Origin: Selaginella moellendorffii
Taxonomy: Eukaryota; Plantae; Lycopodiophyta
DNA: 64,000 nucleotides
Direction: 5' to 3'
Assembly (NCBI RefSeq): GCF_000143415.4
Contig: NW_003314284.1
Location: 1,869,715 to 1,933,714, forward strand
A program made the translations under genes and the position numbers. Shown here one piece after another: positions 59,118-64,000 of this stretch (positions are counted from its first letter, which is position 1; each line of letters starts with the position of its first letter). The notes beneath the pieces were generated by a model, which was not told the origin of the DNA, searched no databases, and worked only from the letters and a program-made list of their open reading frames with translations.

Positions 59118-60004
59118 CTTGCCTCTTTTTTGATATTTCTAATTCTGTTAAAAGATATAACTGTGTAAAAAACTTTAATTGTTTATTATAATAAATCTAA
59201 ACCTCACAAATGTGTTTGGTTTCTCTTGCTATATTACCCCTAAGAAAAGGCATATCATCAAGTGACACAAAAGGTATTTGAGTATTATCATATTTTGGGT
59301 AAACAAAGAGGTCATCCTATAATTCATTTAAAATTGGTGCATTTTTCATAAAGTGTGAACTTTTTTATTGTTATTTCCTTGGAAATGGTCTAGCCTAGAG
59401 AATGCATCGATGAGGACATTGATCTTCTAAATAGGAGAAAGGGGATTGAAAGTGTTTTACAAATATCATTATGGGTGCTGAAAGTTATCTATTAGTAAGT
59501 CTTTTTAAATATTCTTCTTTTACTACCGTAATAGTAAAATGTCAATATTATTAGTTCTCTTTAATAGTACTTCTTATTCAACTATTAGTAAACTTGACTT
59601 AAGATCTATATTTGACTGGATAAGCATAAAGAAGGAATTCCTAAATATCTATTTAGATAAGCATACTTAGCCTGATTTGTTAATTCTTTTTTACTTCATC
59701 TTACACTAGCTTATCAAGAACCTTGGTGTATTAAGTATTAGTACCTCAATATAGCAATGTGATATCTTACTGTGTCTGCCAAACACTTTTTTTATCATAC
59801 CTTATATTTTAATCCCATTTCAATCCTATTACTATTTATGGAAAATATTTAGATCTGTTAGTGAGGCATATCTACAAAATGTAGAGATGGTTCTAAATAC
59901 AATGATATTATTTTCACATTTAGATTTGCAATCTAACATCATTCCATATTTAGTAAGTTTTTAGATTGTCCCAAAAGCTAATTTCTTGGACAGTTAGTAT
60001 CTTA

Positions 60005-61379
60005 TTTTATTCATTGCTAGCATATGATATAAACACCATCAACTTGTCTTTTATCCAACCTGAATTTGATTTGCAATTTGATCTATGTGAGTTTTAAGTT
60101 TAAAGCCAGATAGGAAAAAGCACTTATTGTTTTCAATATATGCTAGTGCACATTTGTGGGAGTGGATAGGTATAAAATCGGGAACAATGCTAATGCATAT
60201 TGTAGCACTTTGGCAAGTCTTTTTACTGAGATGTTTTATGTCTTATCACCAGTAAAGGTTATTACAAATGTTTGTATTCGTTTTACATGTTCATGTTCAA
60301 CATTGTCCTCAGTATAGATGGTGTTTATATTTGTGGAGGTGGAGGCATATTAGTTTCTTCATCATGGTCAAGATTAATACTTATATTAGTATTAGTTTCA
60401 TGTCTAGGAGTCTCATATATATGTATGTTATTACTGCAAGTGGTCACAGACAGTTGACAATAAATGCCTCTCAATAGCTCACAAAGTTAAAGCATGTAAA
60501 CTTGTAATGCATAACTAATAATAAAATCTAGAAGAAAAGGTATATATTATAATTGTTTGAACAAAGTATTTGTCAATTAAGACTTGCTAAATTGTTCTTC
60601 AATTTGATCTAGGTGAGTGATGAAAGGTTGACAAGAATTGATGACTCCCTTCTCAGTGCTAACATAACATTTTTATGACCTCTTCATCCTCATATAAAGG
60701 TCCATCCATGGACCACTATTGCCACTAGCCCTTACCAGTTGAGCCATTAGTAAGATTTAGCATATTGCTGTGAAGGGACAGAAGCATAAGATAACTTCTA
60801 AATGTACAGGCAAGGAATGAAGAAACAAAAGCATAGAGTAATTTCTAAATGTTCAACCATTGAGTGAAGAAACAAAAACACAAAGTGATATTATAATAGT
60901 CTTGGAGCTTCTAACATTTTATCACTAAGATTAACATGCAAAATGGAGCTAAATAAATTTGGCATATATTGGTGATATAAGTATTACATCAGTTAGCATG
61001 GTATGGAGTTTAGGCTTAAACCTAAGCTAAATGTAAAATAAAAATAGATACACTCAATGAAAAATTAAACAATATCTCAAGTTTGTTAGTCATGCCCAAT
61101 CTACCCACTATCCTTACCATACATTTGGACATGAACATGTTAAAACTAATACAAATATAAATATTTCTTGCCCTAAGTACTACAACCTCCACCATCATTT
61201 TTCCAAGTTTTATACCTGTCCACATGCACTAGCATATATTGCAACACTAAATGCTTCTTCCTTACCTAAACTTAAAACTCACTTTGATCAGATTGCAAAT
61301 CATATTCAAGTTGGATAAAGAGACAAGCTGATGGAGACAAGCTGATGGCATTGATATCAGATACTAATAATGAATAAAA
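60005..61379. repeat. Diverged inverted repeat, arms about 60005-60300 and 61125-61379
   Basis: Plus-strand TTTATCCAACCTGAATTTGATTTGCAATTTGATC...GTGAGTTTTAAGTTTA, CAATATATGCTAGTGCA and ACATGTTCATGT recur in order in the reverse complement of 61125-61379. Confidence 0.85.
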
Positions 61380-62004
61380 CAGGAAGTTGACAAAGTCCAA
61401 AAGTCTATGTTCAAATTGCATTTGTACTGCATATCTGTAGTGTGGTTTAGAGTTCAATTTCTATTTCTAAAAGTTATTTTACCAGTCTCCATAACCTTTC
61501 ATTCCATTTCTACTAATTGTCTCAATAGCACATGTTTCTTCCAGTGGTGTTGTAGTAGCTCTTTGACAACAGCTTGATTTATCCATAGGCACTTCATCTG
61601 ACCTTTGTGTCTAAATACTTCCTACTCACAAGCAGGGTTTCCATGACAAATAGTCTATAGTGAAATTCTGAAGTAGCTTGCCACGGGATTGTTACCATTG
61701 ATTGTCCAAATGACAGTGACCTATTGCCCAGCCCATTGGATGATGTCTGCTTCATTTCATAACAGGACATATCAACTCGTTCAGTGTCATGCAATATTCT
61801 TGGGTGTTAAGCATTCACAGTTTAAATGTCCATTGGAAATTACTGTATATTCTTATTAAATTCATTGCGAAGTCCTTCAGGTAAAGAGTTCGATTCCGTT
61901 CCAGTCCCTGGCTTGAAATAGAATGTCTGCAGGAGTTTTCATATATCATTGCGTGGGGTTCTGTTGCGCTTGCCGGAATCGCTAGATCGATCGATACATA
62001 GATC

Positions 62005-64000
62005 ATGGAGCGCGGTTCTAATGGCAGGGCTCAGCGCAGAATTGCGAGGATTGGCAAACAGCTGGAGGCATCAGAAGAAAAGAATGCCGACCAAGGTATG
62101 GGAAGTTTTCGCTTGCCCGATTGACGCTTGGCGCGCAGGATTGATGATCGCGGAGACCATGAGCGTTGGATTGCCTGCGCTGGATTTATCGCGGGCATTC
62201 CCCCAGGCCACTCCAGCATCCAGCTTCCCTCCTTTAGGTCTGTGAGTAGATTTTTTCGTTCTTTCTTTTGTGCATTGGAGCAGCTAAAATTCTTTCCAGT
62301 CTCTGATTACTTCCAGCTCCATGACCTCCTCTCCAAGGAGGATCAAGATCTGCGGATGAGGGTGAGAACCGTCATGGAGAAAGAAGTCGCACCGATCATG
62401 GCCGAGGTTACTTCTTTCCTTGAAAACTGGAGCTTTTGTTCATCGTTTCTTTGTGTTTCTTGTGTTACTTTCAGTACTGGGAGAAAGCGGAGTTTCCTTT
62501 CGAAATCGTTCCCAAGATGGCGAGTCTCAAAATCGCTGGAGGTACAATCCAGGTTCGCGATGCTTAAAAAAAAAAAAGACACAAGAGATAATCAACGATA
62601 GACAAATCTCGAACGCAGGGATATGGCTGTCCGGGATTGTCTATACTGGGAAGTGCTATCGCTGCTGCCGAAGTTGCAAGGGTCGATGCAAGCTGCTCTA
62701 CATTTATTCTTGTTCATTCCTCATTGGCAATGCTAACTATCGGTACGGTGTTCTTCTTCTTTGTGCTTATGCAAACTTTATATTTTTGGTTTTCGTAGCA
62801 ATGTGTGGAAGCGAGCAACAAAAGCAAAAGTATCTCCCCCAGCTCGCCAAGCTCGACACCATCGCTTGCTGGGTAATAGCACTGCGTCTTTGATTGAATT
62901 TGGCGTGAGAGTTTTTTACAAATGGTGCAGGCATTGACAGAGCCCGATTACGGTAGTGATGCGAGCTCTCTGAGCACTACCGCAACAAAGGTTCACGACA
63001 TAATGTTTGTTTTAAGAATTAATATTGGTGTATGTTATCTCAGGCTAAGGGAGGCTGGGTACTAAATGGTCAGAAGAGATGGATTGGAAACAGTACATTT
63101 GCAGATGTTGCTGTCATTTTTGCACGGAATACGGAGACGAATCAGATCAACGGGTACAAAAATCGCTCTTGTTTTTTAGCACCATAACACGTTGTTTATA
63201 CAGTTTCATTGTAAGAAAGGGAACCCCAGGCTATCGTGCAACAAAGATCGAGAACAAAATCGGGCTGAGGATCGTCCAAAACGGGGACATTGTTCTCAAG
63301 GACGCGTTCATCCCGGACGACGATCGTCTCCCCGGCATAAACTCGTTCGCGGACACAAATAAGGTGACACAGAATTTCTCGAAAGACAAAGATGTTTTTA
63401 ATGCTGATCGTTCCACTCAAAAGGTTCTTGCAATCTCCCGGATCATGGTAGCATGGCAACCAATCGGCGTGACAATGGGAGTCTACGATATGTGCCACAG
63501 GTATTCTTCGTTTTCGCTTATTTGGAGTAGAGTTTTTGGCTTGTTTTTCGCCATCCAGTGATCTAACGCATTGTTCCTTATGATTCGCTTGTGCTGTGTT
63601 TTGCACTTAAAAAAGGTACTTGCTAGAGAGGAAGCAATTCGGAGCTCCACTGGCTTCTCTCCAGATAAACCAGGAGAAGCTTGTCCAGATGCTCGGGAAC
63701 ATCCAGGCCATGGCGCTTGTGGGATGGCGGCTGTGCAAGCTCTACGATAGCGGCAAGATGACGCCAGGCCAAGCCAGTCTTGCCAAGGTACGCGCACGTC
63801 TTTGCCTTTGAAACGTTCCTTCTTTCTGACGTTATAATGCCTTAAACAGTGTTGGAACACGAAGAGGGCGCGTGAGACTGTGGCGCTTGGACGAGAACTT
63901 CTGGGGGGCAATGGAATCTTGGTGGATTTCCTCGTTGCCAAGGTGTTCCCTCTCTCTTTTTTCTCGGCTTTACAAATTCTCTTTTGGTTGTACAGGCATT
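62005..64000 (+). CDS. ACX4: Short-chain acyl-CoA oxidase 4 (ACAD-fold, peroxisomal), multi-exon; truncated by the window end
   Basis: [76 protein letters not shown]. Confidence 0.95.

Larger units (their letters stand above)
54750..61880 (-). mobile_element. AT-rich decayed transposon island with PIF1/Helitron-like helicase remnant
   Basis: CpG-poor with no intact ORFs. The frameshifted minus-strand reading at about 59650-59290 resembles PIF1-helicase C-terminal motifs. Internal direct and inverted duplications are present. Confidence 0.55.

Noticed and set aside
55549-61794. Short ORFs (60-82 aa) in the second AT island
   Set aside because: Random Ile/Phe/Tyr-rich translations of AT-rich DNA with no motifs or exon structure.
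1-64000. CRISPR array, prokaryotic operon or defence system, rRNA
   Set aside because: The DNA is intron-rich plant sequence; repeats are two-copy duplications or microsatellites, not repeat-spacer arrays.

Overview
Gene-dense land-plant nuclear DNA. The tiny GT-AG introns (about 45-60 bp), very short intergenic spacers and plant gene content suggest the lycophyte Selaginella (moellendorffii-like); this is inferred from sequence style, not a database match. The window holds a MIR319 hairpin and about 22 protein genes: a DYRK-like kinase, a dsRBD/RGG protein, KCS, plastid CDP-DAG synthase, a GT90 glycosyltransferase, XPF/UVH1, SHI/STY, TM9SF, a tandem DUF3455-like protein, SGR, a ZML-type GATA factor, Derlin-2, a group F bZIP, TOL, a half-size ABCD transporter, NUP35, a CCCH protein, a PMD-like protein, ACX4 (cut by the window end) and several orphans. 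Two AT-rich, CpG-poor islands (about 15.0-17.9 kb and 54.7-61.9 kb) look like decayed transposons; the second retains PIF1/Helitron-like helicase motifs. Best leads: (1) the SHI gene has no in-frame AUG before its zinc finger and sits behind a uORF-rich leader, suggesting non-AUG initiation; (2) the ACX4 first exon encodes a PTS2 signal in one frame and an alternative N-terminus in another; (3) a secreted tandem DUF3455-like protein from a mostly bacterial/fungal family; (4) a candidate novel small-RNA hairpin at 21.4 kb. I found no CRISPR array, rRNA or tRNA, and no multi-gene novel system that I can support. All exon models were made by eye.
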